Shown here: piece by piece, positions 31,690 to 42,214 of the stretch
How the letters are laid out: the number at the start of each line of letters is the position of its first letter
How positions within the stretch are numbered: position 1 is the stretch's first letter
Source of the DNA: Rhodothermales bacterium
Lineage (GTDB): Bacteria; Bacteroidota; Rhodothermia; Rhodothermales; VXPQ01
DNA: 64,000 bases
Direction of reading: 5' to 3'
Assembly (NCBI GenBank): GCA_040904565.1
Contig: JBBDTI010000061.1
Coordinates: 42,477 to 106,476 of the forward strand
Notes under the pieces: generated by a model
Database searches by the model: none
What the model was told of the DNA's origin: nothing
What the model saw: only the letters and a program-made list of their open reading frames with translations
Made by a program: the position numbers and the translations under genes

Positions 31690-31790
31690 GGATGAGCCAG
31701 AAGACGCGACTCCGCTCGACGACGACGGCATGTACTGGATCGAAAACGACACCTATTCGATCGACGAGGCCGCACTTCGTCTACAAACCG
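31682..31790 (+). pseudogene. mobile mystery protein B (Fic family) remnant
   Basis: MFEDEPEDATPLDDD fused directly to GMYWIENDTYSIDEAALRL, then unrelated sequence; Fic HPFxxGNGR motif missing. Confidence 0.75.
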
Positions 31791-31825
31791 CTTTTCGACC
31801 TCTACCGTGCCCGTCGATAGGGCAT

Positions 31826-32719
31826 CTATTCCTGCCCCCGCTCGGTAGCCAGCCTCCGTGCGAGCTGTTCACGGGCCGATGCGGCGTAGCGCCCGCATGC
31901 GCCGGGATCGACGAGTCCCTCCGGACCCGCACGCCGTTCCCAGAAACTGGATGCCGAAGGATGCGGCGTGATCAGGATATCACACGGAAGATCTTCGAGC
32001 GTTGCATAGCCGCGCTCGAAACGCGCCAGGTCCAAACGGTCACTGAAGCGATAACCATCGGCCGAGACGGGAGTCTGACTATCCGCATAGACATGGTTCA
32101 GGCATTCTCCCGCCTCGCAGGCTCTCCACGACCACGTTGTGCCGCCCAACGTGTGAGCCGGCGTCGAGTGCGGCGTGATTGAAAGGTCGCCCAGCACGAT
32201 CGCCTCTCCGAACGCGAACTCCTCCACGCTCATCACGGGTGGATAATCGAAGAGCAGTCCATACTGGGGATCGTCGGCTCCGGCGTTGCCATGTCGGATC
32301 TCTGCCGCGCTCGGTCCGCTCGCCATCACCGTCGCACCGGAACTACGCTGCAGGGCCGCGATCCCTCCCGAATGATCGAAGTGGGCATGCGAGTTCAGGA
32401 TGAGCTCCACGTCAGCGATGTCGAAGCCCAGGGCACTCACGTTCTCCTCGATCAACGGCGCCGAGTCAGGCAGACCGCCGTCGATCAGCACGTGTCCGGT
32501 CGCGGATGTGATCAGGACGGTGGCGAGCCCCTCCGTGCCGACATAGTAGGTGTTTCCGAAGATCTGGAACGGTGCGTGGCGCACGTTCCACACCATGCAA
32601 CTCGGGCAAACGTCCTCCGCATATCCCCGGGTCAAGGGATCGCTCGAGGGCGGCGCGTCGCAACCTCCGAAAAGGAACAGCGAGAGACCCAGGAGGACTA
32701 TGTATTTTGGTTCCGTCAT
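31826..32719 (-). CDS. subclass B3 metallo-beta-lactamase (lipoprotein)
   Basis: PFQIFGNTYYVGT, SHAHFDHSGG (HxHxDH), PAHTLGGTTW, PCDILITPHP, C-terminal Cys. Confidence 0.9.
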   Translation of the reverse strand: MTEPKYIVLLGLSLFLFGGCDAPPSSDPLTRGYAEDVCPSCMVWNVRHAPFQIFGNTYYVGTEGLATVLITSATGHVLIDGGLPDSAPLIEENVSALGFDIADVELILNSHAHFDHSGGIAALQRSSGATVMASGPSAAEIRHGNAGADDPQYGLLFDYPPVMSVEEFAFGEAIVLGDLSITPHSTPAHTLGGTTWSWRACEAGECLNHVYADSQTPVSADGYRFSDRLDLARFERGYATLEDLPCDILITPHPSASSFWERRAGPEGLVDPGACGRYAASAREQLARRLATERGQE

Positions 32720-32852
32720 TTCCTACCGAAGAGAACATGGTCGGCTCGAGCACATGCCGCAACCGAGCGCATTGCCTGCGGCATAGCACTCTGGTCGGCG
32801 GGCGGCGCAGCGAGCGGTCCGTTGCCACCGGCATTGCAGACGGTCAAACGAA

Positions 32853-33131
32853 TCAAATCCAACACCGTACCGATTGGCGAGAGCGCGGATAGGCGTCTGG
32901 AAACAGCTGTTCCAGGCATGCCTCCTCCTTCGGCACGACATGAAGCTGCATGACGAGCATCGCCAGCGGTATGGAAAGAAGTATCCATGGCGTGTTCAAC
33001 GCCAATGCGAATCCCCCGAGCAAGATAGAAAGCCCAACGTACACGGGATTCCTTGAGAACTGGAACGGACCCGTCGTGATGAGCGGGGACGCGAACGACG
33101 CACTCCTCTGGAATTTGCCGGCCGATGTCAC
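32853..33131 (-). pseudogene. isoprenylcysteine carboxylmethyltransferase family remnant
   Basis: LITTGPFQFSRNPVYVG...VPKEEACL...VRCWI; N-terminus degraded. Confidence 0.7.
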
Positions 33132-33364
33132 CGGCTTGATCTCCTACCATAGCGACGTGCCTCGGAATGTGAACGTGTTGCTGCACTTAGGTCGACTACG
33201 TCCGCGGTGGGATCGGTCGGCACCATTTCCAAAATGTAGGAAACCGTGTTGAGCGGTGCACGGCGATAATGGATCTGCGAAAATGGATGCTGCCTTGTCC
33301 ATCGTCAGGCGCACCAATATGTTAGAACGCGTCTATGTGATATCGCCTATGATATAACGCGTCA

Positions 33365-34231
33365 TTAATCGGTCCCGCCATTGGATATCCACCGCGCGAT
33401 GAAGTCCATTGCATCCTCACGGAAAAGAGCGTGGCCATTGTTGCGAAATAGAAGGAGGCTGTACGGCATAGGATCGAAGTCCCCAACGGTTCGCAAGAAT
33501 TCCCAGGCATCGGAATCCGGTTCCGTAGGAAAGCCCTTTACGATGTCCGCTTCACGCAGCGCGCCACGTTTTGCCCCAGCTAATAAATCAGAATACGCTC
33601 TCCAGTGCTGACCCGTCAGAGCATAGCTGGCGGCGTGCTCGTGCAGACTATGTACAGTGTTCAACGCCTCTTTAGAAAGGCCCTCGCGTTCTCCCATCAA
33701 GCGAAGCTCGTCACCGATCTGTTCGAGGATCGGCACGACGGAACCAGACACGTTGATGACGAAAGCGGCGGAAGAACGAATCGTCGCCACAGGTGCAATG
33801 TGGCCACCCTGGCTAAATCCGACGAAGCCAACACGCGTGCTGTCAATCAACTCGTTTGTATAAAGAATGTCGAGAGCAGCGACGGCATCCTGGGCCAGCT
33901 CATCGAAGCCGGCCTCTCTCCAATCACCTCCGGATTCGCCCGATCCGCGCTTGTCCGGATGGACTACGGCAACGCCTCTCTCGACAAGTGCAGACGCGTA
34001 AGCCGACGTCCAAGGGTTAGATCTGTCACTGGATCCGGAGCCATGAATCAGCACCACGCCGGGAAAGGGAGATTTGCCGGCGGGAATATGCAGCGTTGCT
34101 GCAAGCTCTACGCTTGCGCTAGAAAATGTGAGCTCATGAGATAGAGCTGCATTTACGTGGGATGGCTGAGCATAAGATGCCGATGTCAGTGCAGCAAGGC
34201 ACAGCAGCGAGAATACGGCGCAGCGGGACAT
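33365..34231 (-). CDS. secreted alpha/beta hydrolase (S9-like), probably with an internal C-terminal deletion
   Basis: VLIHGSG, DKRGSGESGG, GFSQGG; DFDPMPY joined directly to SLLLFRNNGH with no catalytic-Asp strand between. Confidence 0.7.
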   Translation of the reverse strand: MSRCAVFSLLCLAALTSASYAQPSHVNAALSHELTFSSASVELAATLHIPAGKSPFPGVVLIHGSGSSDRSNPWTSAYASALVERGVAVVHPDKRGSGESGGDWREAGFDELAQDAVAALDILYTNELIDSTRVGFVGFSQGGHIAPVATIRSSAAFVINVSGSVVPILEQIGDELRLMGEREGLSKEALNTVHSLHEHAASYALTGQHWRAYSDLLAGAKRGALREADIVKGFPTEPDSDAWEFLRTVGDFDPMPYSLLLFRNNGHALFREDAMDFIARWISNGGTD

Positions 34232-34374
34232 GGAGCTAACTTGGAAGTGAGTTACTGAGATACCGAGGGCACCTCAATGACGACCCACTAGCTCTCAGTG
34301 TTACAGCGAGGCGCGAGGACGCACAACGGCCTGCCGACCGGCGGCGTCAGGCATGTTCATGGTGCGCGCGAGCC

Positions 34375-34752
34375 CTATGCGCTCATTTCGTCCATCTTCT
34401 TGAAGACGTTCGCGAGCACCTCGTCCGTCTCCTTCGTAGGACTGAAGTCAATAAATTTCAGGTCTTTGTCTACGATAGCCGTATGGCCGGCGGGCGCATA
34501 GAACACGTCGCCGGTCTCGAAGACCTCTTCGCTCCCGTCATCATAAATGAAGCGGAAGGCGCCCTGCAGAATGTAGCCCCAATGAGGACAGTGGCAGCTG
34601 TCGTTACCGAGGCCTTTCAGGAAGGGGGTGAAATCCGTACCCTCCGGCAATTCATGGTACACCACCGTCATCTCTCCGAAGTCCGGCTGGGCGCGCATGA
34701 TCATGCCGGGGGCCTGCATGATGACCGGGATGTCTTCCTTTCTCAGTTTCAT
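34375..34752 (-). CDS. cupin domain protein
   Basis: CHCPHWGYILQG, GDVFYAPAGH, DFSP. Confidence 0.85.
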   Translation of the reverse strand: MKLRKEDIPVIMQAPGMIMRAQPDFGEMTVVYHELPEGTDFTPFLKGLGNDSCHCPHWGYILQGAFRFIYDDGSEEVFETGDVFYAPAGHTAIVDKDLKFIDFSPTKETDEVLANVFKKMDEMSA

Positions 34753-34967
34753 CGGTTTTCTCTGCTTGATGGTTACGGGGTAGTGGTGAACTGGGCGATC
34801 TGGCACAGCCAGGTCAACAGCTAGATTCACCGGCGCAAAGTCCATGTTTACTGCATCTCATACAGCTGATACGAGCCATGCCCGGTATCGCGAATCGACC
34901 GCAGGTATGCCTCACTCCTGGGCAGAGCGGCGCGCATCCCGCCTTGAACAGCTGCTTTGCTACTCGA

Positions 34968-35594
34968 TCACTGCCCATTCACCGGCATGCTGACGGCGTT
35001 CCCCTCGACAGGGATCATCACATGGGCGAACGGAGTGCCGCCCCACATCACGTAGGGGCCGCCCCCTGACGGCTCCGTCGGGATTCCCACCAGAGTGGCG
35101 GGGTCAGGGGAAATTAGCATGAGGTGGGGCCCCGTTACCACCCACTCGTTCTCCTGCGTGAACTCGGTGGCGAAGGGGTCGGTGTTGCTCGCCCCAGCGT
35201 CGCCCCGGAGCATGTAGGCGAGCCCGACCGAGGTCGCTTCGAACTCATCGTTCCCGCTCATTAAAGCACCAACAAGTGCCATCCACTGTTGGTCCACGCA
35301 CATCGGGGCCTGCGGCACCGCCATACATGTCCATTCGTTTGTGCCCTCGCGGAGGACGTTGCCGTTCGCGTCAAGTATGGTGGCCTCCGCGGCAATTTCC
35401 GGGATCCCGGCGCTCTCGGCGTAGGCGATGGGGTCGTCCATGCCGGGAGCGTCGTCAGCTCCGTCTGGAGCGCCGAGGCTGTCGCTGCAGCCTATAAGTA
35501 GGATCGCGCACGCGGCGAGACCGATGAGACGGAGAGAGAAGCGTGTGCGCGACCCTGGCATGAAGGTAAGGTCGGCGCTGAGTAAATTCGTCAT
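34968..35594 (-). CDS. conserved hypothetical lipoprotein
   Basis: Lipobox LIGC; LREGTNEWTC, PMCVD, GLAYMLRGD, GPHLML, PYVMWGGTPFAHVMIP. Confidence 0.75.
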   Translation of the reverse strand: MTNLLSADLTFMPGSRTRFSLRLIGLAACAILLIGCSDSLGAPDGADDAPGMDDPIAYAESAGIPEIAAEATILDANGNVLREGTNEWTCMAVPQAPMCVDQQWMALVGALMSGNDEFEATSVGLAYMLRGDAGASNTDPFATEFTQENEWVVTGPHLMLISPDPATLVGIPTEPSGGGPYVMWGGTPFAHVMIPVEGNAVSMPVNGQ

Positions 35595-35736
35595 GGCAGT
35601 ATGCCCCAGCAGAGTAATGGAAAGGCCCCCCCAGATCGTCTGGACGGGCGGATGAACTGCTGGCAACCTAGAGGTGGAGAAGGCCGCGAACCTGCCATTC
35701 TAGTGCCGTCTAGCCCGTGGCAGGTTTGTACCCCGC

Positions 35737-38700
35737 TTATGGCAGGTCTGCGCCGGCCTCGTCGGAGGGGACGTGACCGAACGTCTGCCGGAAGAGGCGG
35801 GAGAAGTACTTCGCGCTTTTGAAGCCTACGGCGTAGGCTATTTCCGAGACGCGCCCCGCATCTTGCCTCAGGAGGTGTGCAGCCCGCTCGAGGCGCATCA
35901 TTCGGATGTAGCCGGCGGGCGTAAGGTCCGCCGTCTCCTTCACGCGCCGGTACAGCTGGCGCTCGCTCAGCCCCAGTTCCTCGGCCATGCGGCTGACGCC
36001 GAAGTCGCTCGCGCCCATGTGCGTCTCTACCACATCGCGCATCCTTTCGACAAAGGCGGCATCCGCGGAGGAGACAAGGATCTCCTCCGGACCCAGGCGC
36101 ACGCTGTCGCTGAAGCGCTCGCGCAGGCGCCGCCGGATTTCGACGAGGTTCTCTACGCGCGCCGTCAGCTCCTCCAGGTTGAACGGCTTGGGCAGGTAGT
36201 CGTCCGCTCCGGCGCCCAGCCCCAAGATCCGGCTCTCTTTGTCGGCCCGTGCGGTAAGCAGAACGACGGGGATGTGACTGAGCACCGCGTCGTCCTTGAT
36301 GGCCTTGCAGAGCGTGAATCCGTCCATCCCCGGCATCATCACGTCGGAGATGACGAGATCGGGCTGGTACTCCTGCGCCTTCCGGAGGCCCTCTGCGCCA
36401 TCCTCCGCCTCCAGGAGGCGGTATTCGCTCGCGAGGTGTAACCGCAGGTAGCTGCGCAGGTCGGCGTTGTCCTCGACGATCAGGATCAGCGGTGCGCTCG
36501 GTGGAGCTTCCACTTCTCCCTGCGGGCGCCCATCGGCCTCCCGCGTCTCTTCGACGACCGGTACCGGGTCGTCGTGCTCGCCGTTCGGCTGCTCCCTGAA
36601 GGATACTTCCGCTGGATCCGCCGTGTCATCCGCTCCGCCATCGTCGGCGGCCGTTCGCAGCAGCGGAAGGCGCACCGTGAAGGTCGAACCGAAGCCGCGT
36701 TCGCTTTCGAGTGTGATCGTGCCGCCGTGCAACTCCACGAGTTCCTTGGTGAGCGAGAGACCGATACCGGTGCCCTGGTGCTGGCGGGTGGACGAGTATT
36801 CGACCTGGTAGAAGCGATCGAAGACGCGAGGCACGTCCTCTGCCGCCACGCCCTCTCCCGTGTCGCGGACCGTGATCTCGGCGTCGTCGTCGAGCTGCCT
36901 GACGACGACACGGATCCGCCCGCCCGTGGGCGTGAACTTGAATGCGTTGGACAGGAGGTTCGAGATGACCTTTTCCATCTTGTCTGCATCGAAGACCATG
37001 TCGATCACCTCCGGCTCGGCGGTGAACGTGAGAGCGACGCCGTCCCGCTCGGCGCGGGAGGTGAAGGCGAGCACGTGCGTTCGCAGGAACGCCGCCAGGT
37101 CCCGGCGCCGCGCGTAGAGCAGCATCCCGCCTGCCTCCAGCCGCGAAAGATCCAGGAGCTGGTTGATGAGCCCGAGGAGGCGCTCGGCATTGCGGCGCAT
37201 CATAGGCGCCTGGGCGGCGAGACCAAGCGGATCGATCCGTCCCTCGATGTGGTCCCGTAGAGGTCCCAACAGGAGCGTCAGCGGAGTGCGGAACTCGTGG
37301 GAGATGTTGGCAAAGAAGCGGCTCTTGGCCTGGTCCAGGGCCTCGAGGTAGTGGGACTGCCCTTCGGCCAGTTCGGCGCGCAGCTGAGCCTCCCGCACGG
37401 TGGCGCGTCTCTGCTCGGCCTCCCGGAGGCGCCGCCGCTGCAAGCGATCTACCGCTACGACGCCGCCGATGAAGAGCAACACATACCCCAGGTAGGCCCA
37501 GCCGGTGCGCCACCACGGCGGCAACACCGTCAGCTTCACGGCTGCGCCCCCCTCGTTCCACACCCCGTCGCTGTTCGCTGCCTTCACCCGGAAGGTGTAC
37601 TGGCCGGGCGGCACCTTGTAGTAGTCGGCCTGCCGCTCTGTACCGGCTGCACGCCACGTATCGTCGTAACCCTCCAGCATGTAGGCATAGCGGTTCTCCG
37701 CCGGGTCTTCGAAGTGCAGCCCCACGAAGCCCAGCGAGAACGTATTCTGGTCGTGCGGGAGCCTGACGCGCTCCCGGAGCGGGCGCATCAGTGAACCCTC
37801 CCGACCCGGCCTGACGGCTTGATGGGGGAACGTGAGGCCGGTGAGCACCACCTGCGGCGGGTGGGCGTTCGGCGGCGTGCTCCTGACCAGCTCCTCCGGA
37901 GAGAAGGCGACGAACCCGTTGTCTCCGCCGAAGAAGAACGCGTCGGCGCGGCGCGCATACGTGCCGGGAATCGTCGTCCCACTTGGAAAGTCGAGTTCCA
38001 GATCGTAGGTGTAGAACGTGCCCTGCTCGGGCGCGAACCGGGTCAGTTTGCTGTCGGTGCCCATGCCAGTGCTCATCCACAGGTGGCCCTCCGCATCCCC
38101 GAGGATGCCGCTGACCCGATCATCGGGGAGGGTGCTGTTGGCCGTGGTGAAATGCGTGAAGCGGCCGGTGCTCGGGTCGAATCGATTGAGGCCGCCGTTA
38201 TGGGTCCCGATCCAGAGCGTGCCCCCGCCGGCTTCGTAGATGCTGGTGACGAAACCATCGCTCAAGCCGGTCGAGTCGGCCACGGGGTACGGGTACCGCG
38301 TGAAACGTCCCCGGCGGGGATCGAAGCGGTTGATGCCTCCCCGGAGCGTGCCGATCCAGAGCATCCCCTCACGGTCTTCGTGGACGGCTATGACGTCATC
38401 GTCGCTGAGGCTATTGGGGCGGTCCGGGTCGTGGAGGTACCGTGTGAAGCGGCCCGTCCTCGGATCGAAACGGCTCAGTCCCCCGCCATAGACCCCCACC
38501 CAGAGCGCGCCCCGGCGGTCTTCGCAGAGGGATGAGACCGGTCCGGCTCCCAGGCTACCTGGATCCTCAGGATCGTGCCGGTACCGCGTAATATGGCCCG
38601 TCCAAGGGTCCAGCCGATCCAGCCCGCTCGTGGTCCCTACCCAGATCTCCCCGTCCCGGCCCTCGTAGAGGGAAAGCACGTTGTCATCACTCAAGCTGTG

Positions 38701-40017
38701 TTGATCGCCGGGCGCGTGCAGATATCGCCTCGTCGGCTCTATCCGGTCGTTGGCCGACCACGCGCCGTCGCCCCCGTCGAAGCGGATCAGTCCGCCGGCC
38801 TCCGTGCCGACCCAGAAGGTACCCCTGCTGTCTTCGAGAAAAGCCGTGACCAGGTTGACGCCCCCGGCCTCGAGAGATTCCAGCATCTGGTGCCGAAGCG
38901 CGTTTTGCCGCGGGACGATCTTGAAAAGGCCATCCCAGGTCACTACCCAACGCACCCCCTCGCGCGATTCAAAGACTCCACTGACCAGCGTAGAGCCAAG
39001 AGGACCGGGGGGGTCTTCGTAGTGGATAAGCCGACCGGTGGCGGGATCGTACTGGTTGAGGCCACCGTTTATCGCACCGATCCAGAGCGCGCCGGAGCGG
39101 TCTTCATGCACGACCGAAACGTAGGCCGGCCCCGTAAATTCATCGAGATGGGGCATGCTGAGTCGGTGCGGATCGGTGGGGTCATACAGGTGGCGCGTGA
39201 AGGTCCCCGCATTCCGGTCCATGCTGTGCAGCCCGTCGCCGCCCGAGGTCCCGACCCAGAACGTGCCACGCGCGTCCTCGTAGAGGGCCGTCACGTGGCT
39301 CCCGCTCAAGCTGTTGGGGCTGGCCGGGTCATGGAGGTACCGCGAGAAGGTCTCCGTCTCCGGGTCAAACCGATTCAGCCCGCCGGCTCCAGGCGGAGAC
39401 TCACGGCCCCAGGGACTTCCGGTGCCGATCCAGAGGGTGCCCTCGCGATCCTCGTAGAGCGCCCGCACCTGGTCGTTGCTCAGGCTCAACGGGTCGCCGG
39501 GATCGTGGCGGAATCGGGTGAAAGTGCCGGCCTCGCGATCCATCCGGTTGAGCCCCTGATGCGTGCCCACCCAGAACGTGCCGTCCCGGCTCTCCAGCAT
39601 CACGGTGACGGTATCGCCGCTCAGGCTGGTCGGGTTAGCCGGTTCGTGGGCGAAATGGGTGAAGGTCTCCGACGCTGGATGGAAGCGGTCCAGCCCGCCG
39701 CCGTGGGTGCCCACCCAGAGCGTCCCTTCCCGATCCACGTAGACCGACTCGACCCACTTGGAAGCAGCGAGGGAAGTTGGATCCTCAGGATCGTGACGGT
39801 AGGTCGTGGTATCGTAGCCATCGAATTTGATGAGCCATGCGCGGGTAGCCAGCCAGAGAAACCCCTGCCGGTCCTGCGCTATGCCGGTTACGAAATTAGA
39901 CGTCGATCCACCGGGTATCCGCACCTGCTCGAACGCGACATCCTGCGGTTGGGCCTGCACGAGCGGGGCCAACCATCCGCTGAACGTCAGAAGGGCAAAC
40001 ATCCATAGACCTTTCAT
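35737..40017 (-). CDS. hybrid two-component system (beta-propeller sensor, Y_Y_Y, HK, receiver, AraC HTH)
   Basis: Repeated EDRxGxLWxGT propeller units; FFANISHEFRTPLT; NLLSNAFKFT; GTGIGL; SDVMMPGMDG; C-terminal AraC (IAYAVGF..YFSRLF). Confidence 0.95.
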   Translation of the reverse strand: MKGLWMFALLTFSGWLAPLVQAQPQDVAFEQVRIPGGSTSNFVTGIAQDRQGFLWLATRAWLIKFDGYDTTTYRHDPEDPTSLAASKWVESVYVDREGTLWVGTHGGGLDRFHPASETFTHFAHEPANPTSLSGDTVTVMLESRDGTFWVGTHQGLNRMDREAGTFTRFRHDPGDPLSLSNDQVRALYEDREGTLWIGTGSPWGRESPPGAGGLNRFDPETETFSRYLHDPASPNSLSGSHVTALYEDARGTFWVGTSGGDGLHSMDRNAGTFTRHLYDPTDPHRLSMPHLDEFTGPAYVSVVHEDRSGALWIGAINGGLNQYDPATGRLIHYEDPPGPLGSTLVSGVFESREGVRWVVTWDGLFKIVPRQNALRHQMLESLEAGGVNLVTAFLEDSRGTFWVGTEAGGLIRFDGGDGAWSANDRIEPTRRYLHAPGDQHSLSDDNVLSLYEGRDGEIWVGTTSGLDRLDPWTGHITRYRHDPEDPGSLGAGPVSSLCEDRRGALWVGVYGGGLSRFDPRTGRFTRYLHDPDRPNSLSDDDVIAVHEDREGMLWIGTLRGGINRFDPRRGRFTRYPYPVADSTGLSDGFVTSIYEAGGGTLWIGTHNGGLNRFDPSTGRFTHFTTANSTLPDDRVSGILGDAEGHLWMSTGMGTDSKLTRFAPEQGTFYTYDLELDFPSGTTIPGTYARRADAFFFGGDNGFVAFSPEELVRSTPPNAHPPQVVLTGLTFPHQAVRPGREGSLMRPLRERVRLPHDQNTFSLGFVGLHFEDPAENRYAYMLEGYDDTWRAAGTERQADYYKVPPGQYTFRVKAANSDGVWNEGGAAVKLTVLPPWWRTGWAYLGYVLLFIGGVVAVDRLQRRRLREAEQRRATVREAQLRAELAEGQSHYLEALDQAKSRFFANISHEFRTPLTLLLGPLRDHIEGRIDPLGLAAQAPMMRRNAERLLGLINQLLDLSRLEAGGMLLYARRRDLAAFLRTHVLAFTSRAERDGVALTFTAEPEVIDMVFDADKMEKVISNLLSNAFKFTPTGGRIRVVVRQLDDDAEITVRDTGEGVAAEDVPRVFDRFYQVEYSSTRQHQGTGIGLSLTKELVELHGGTITLESERGFGSTFTVRLPLLRTAADDGGADDTADPAEVSFREQPNGEHDDPVPVVEETREADGRPQGEVEAPPSAPLILIVEDNADLRSYLRLHLASEYRLLEAEDGAEGLRKAQEYQPDLVISDVMMPGMDGFTLCKAIKDDAVLSHIPVVLLTARADKESRILGLGAGADDYLPKPFNLEELTARVENLVEIRRRLRERFSDSVRLGPEEILVSSADAAFVERMRDVVETHMGASDFGVSRMAEELGLSERQLYRRVKETADLTPAGYIRMMRLERAAHLLRQDAGRVSEIAYAVGFKSAKYFSRLFRQTFGHVPSDEAGADLP

Positions 40018-40477
40018 TGATGCCCTCCTAGACTGAAAACGCTGCTTCACCAAACGACGAAGCCTTCCCAAGATAGGGTGCGGGAATCCCGGATGTTACT
40101 CCGTCCGTATCGGTGTTCTTCGAACCCAACCCGGAGCGCTTTGAACATATCTGACGTGCCCCATTCGCTTTAAAGGGAACGGCTGGTCTAGCCTGCGCCA
40201 TCTGCGGGTGCTGCACTGGAGGTCCATGCCATAGCGTCCGGAGTGGTTGATCTGGTTTGAATGTGGCATACGAGCTGCCACCCTACATGGTAAGAGCGTG
40301 GGCCGGAAGTATATGTAACCGCTCGGCGCTCAGCGGCGCCGCTGGTAGTTCTTCGTTCGGTTTCAGCAATTTAGATGTCGTCGTCACTCAAGGTAAGATG
40401 CTCGTGCGCGTCCGCTGCAGTCGCTGGGCACTGAACTCTGCGCGAAGGCGGCTGATATTAGACCGGAAGTCATCCGC

Positions 40478-40770
40478 GTGATCCTAACGGGCCATTCCGA
40501 CGGGAAGCTGCGCAAGAAGGTGTTTGAGCGAACGCGGCAGGTGACCGATCTAAATCAGCAGCTAACGTCAAACTTCCACGGCACCGTCGATCTCGTTTGC
40601 CGGCTTTCGAACATGCACAGTCAGATGCTCGGGCACCATTCAAGGCGCGTGGCCGACCTTTCTGTCAAGATTGTCCAACGGCGCGGACTGAACGACAACC
40701 TAGTTCAAGACCTGGAGACGTCGGCGAAGCAGCAGCACGATGTCGGCAAGATCGGCATGGATCCTATTGT
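40478..40770 (+). pseudogene. HD-GYP/response regulator remnant
   Basis: GHHSRRVADLS...HDVGKIGM; fragmentary. Confidence 0.6.
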
Positions 40771-40963
40771 GGAGGGGCCGTATATCTACAGGCGGGGGTG
40801 GACCACCAACGGCGAGTCGGAATAGGCTCTGGACAATCCCATTTCGACCCCGATCCAGCCCTACCGGCCGCAGCATGACGTAAATCAGCGCAGACAGCAC
40901 GGCGTCGCAAAGAAACGCGACGAGATCGGTTGCGAACCCCAGGCGGAAGAGGAAGTGCGTTCG

Positions 40964-41256
40964 TCTCCCTGGAGTGGCTCTCCAGAAAGACGTTCGTCTC
41001 GCTCTCCTCCATCTGTACCTTGTACTCCTCGTCGGAGACGACGAAGGGGCCGACGCCCTCGGTCAGCTCCGCCATCTTTCCGGTCGGCGTGACCTCGATC
41101 TGAGTGATGGGAGGATGGCTTATGAAGCAAGAACAGGCGATCAGCGCCGGTCCGAAATCACACGGATAGTTGCCGAAGCCGTCGTGGTAGAGCAGCATGC
41201 TCCCCCCATTACTGACAAACTCCTCAAAGTTGAGCGACTCTTCCTTCGGCAGCCAG
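40964..41256 (-). pseudogene. internal fragment of a paralog of the ThuA-like gene at 2547-3290
   Basis: LLYHDGFGNYPCDFGPALIA..FISHPPITQIEV..DEEYKVQM..NVFLESHSRE nearly identical to the full gene; no N- or C-terminus. Confidence 0.85.
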
Positions 41257-41327
41257 CGGGCGCCCGGCACACGGCGCAGATTCGGATCGCGATGTGTGCC
41301 TACGAAGCGCCGGACAGGTTTCGGCCT

Positions 41328-42125
41328 TCAAAAGGCCGGTCCTTCGTCCGCGCGTCGCCAGAACACGCCGTGCCCATCTATAGACACGATCTCCTCGTCT
41401 ACGCCGCGCCTGCGGCGATAGTCCTCCACCGCCGCCGAACACGCTTCGAGGTGATAATCATCAACGATGCAGATCCCGCCGCGCGAGAGCTTCGAATAAA
41501 GGGCCTCGAGTGCTTGATACGTGGATTCGTAGAGATCGCCGTCCAGGCGGAGGATCGCGAGTCGCTCAATTGGAGCCGTTGACAGTGTATTCGCGAACCA
41601 TCCTTCCAGCAAACGAACCTGTGCGTCCAGCAGCCCGTACCGCTCGAAATTCCGGCGCACCTCATCGGCGGATACACCCATGATCGGACGAAACGGCGTC
41701 AGGTCGAGTCCTTCATCCGCGGGATAATGCTCCACGTCGGGCTGCGGGAACCCCTCGAAGGAGTCGGCCACCCAGACGGTGCGATCCGTTATTCCGTACG
41801 CCTTCAAGACGGCCCGCATGAAGATGCACGCTCCGCCTCGCCAGGCTCCCGTCTCGATGAGATCGCCGGGAACGCGCCCGTCGATCACTTCCCTGACGCA
41901 CTCGTGCAAGTGGTCCATACGACGCAGGCCGATCATGGAAAAGGCCCTGCTGGGCCAGTCCTGTCCGGCCCTCCGAAGATCGGGTCGATACGCCGTCGGT
42001 GCGAAATCGGCGCCGCCAACGTCGAAAGAATCGAACGTCGCCAGCGGGATATCCTCGTGAATCAGGCCGAGAAGGCTCTTCTTGACAAGCTCCAGGTACA
42101 GGGAGCGGAGCGATGATTTATCCAT
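41328..42125 (-). CDS. TylF/MycF/NovP family sugar O-methyltransferase
   Basis: SMIGLRRM, GDLIETGAWRGG, VWVADSFEG, GWFANTL, LRLDGDLYEST, IVDDY. Confidence 0.93.
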   Translation of the reverse strand: MDKSSLRSLYLELVKKSLLGLIHEDIPLATFDSFDVGGADFAPTAYRPDLRRAGQDWPSRAFSMIGLRRMDHLHECVREVIDGRVPGDLIETGAWRGGACIFMRAVLKAYGITDRTVWVADSFEGFPQPDVEHYPADEGLDLTPFRPIMGVSADEVRRNFERYGLLDAQVRLLEGWFANTLSTAPIERLAILRLDGDLYESTYQALEALYSKLSRGGICIVDDYHLEACSAAVEDYRRRRGVDEEIVSIDGHGVFWRRADEGPAF

Positions 42126-42214
42126 GGCGATCGTGGAATGCGCTTCGTCGAGAATCGATAGATAAGGAGTGGGAGGCCCTCCAGCGAACGTGATTGGACG
42201 GTTTCACCGGCCGG

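Noticed and set aside
34234-34367. attC sites between the hydrolase and cupin genes (similar hints near 19310 and 31040-31085)
   Set aside because: Only an R-box or partial arm is visible, with no complete pairing; too degenerate to call by eye
38000-39900. Repetitive DNA within the large gene as a separate repeat element
   Set aside because: Explained by the beta-propeller repeats of the hybrid sensor kinase
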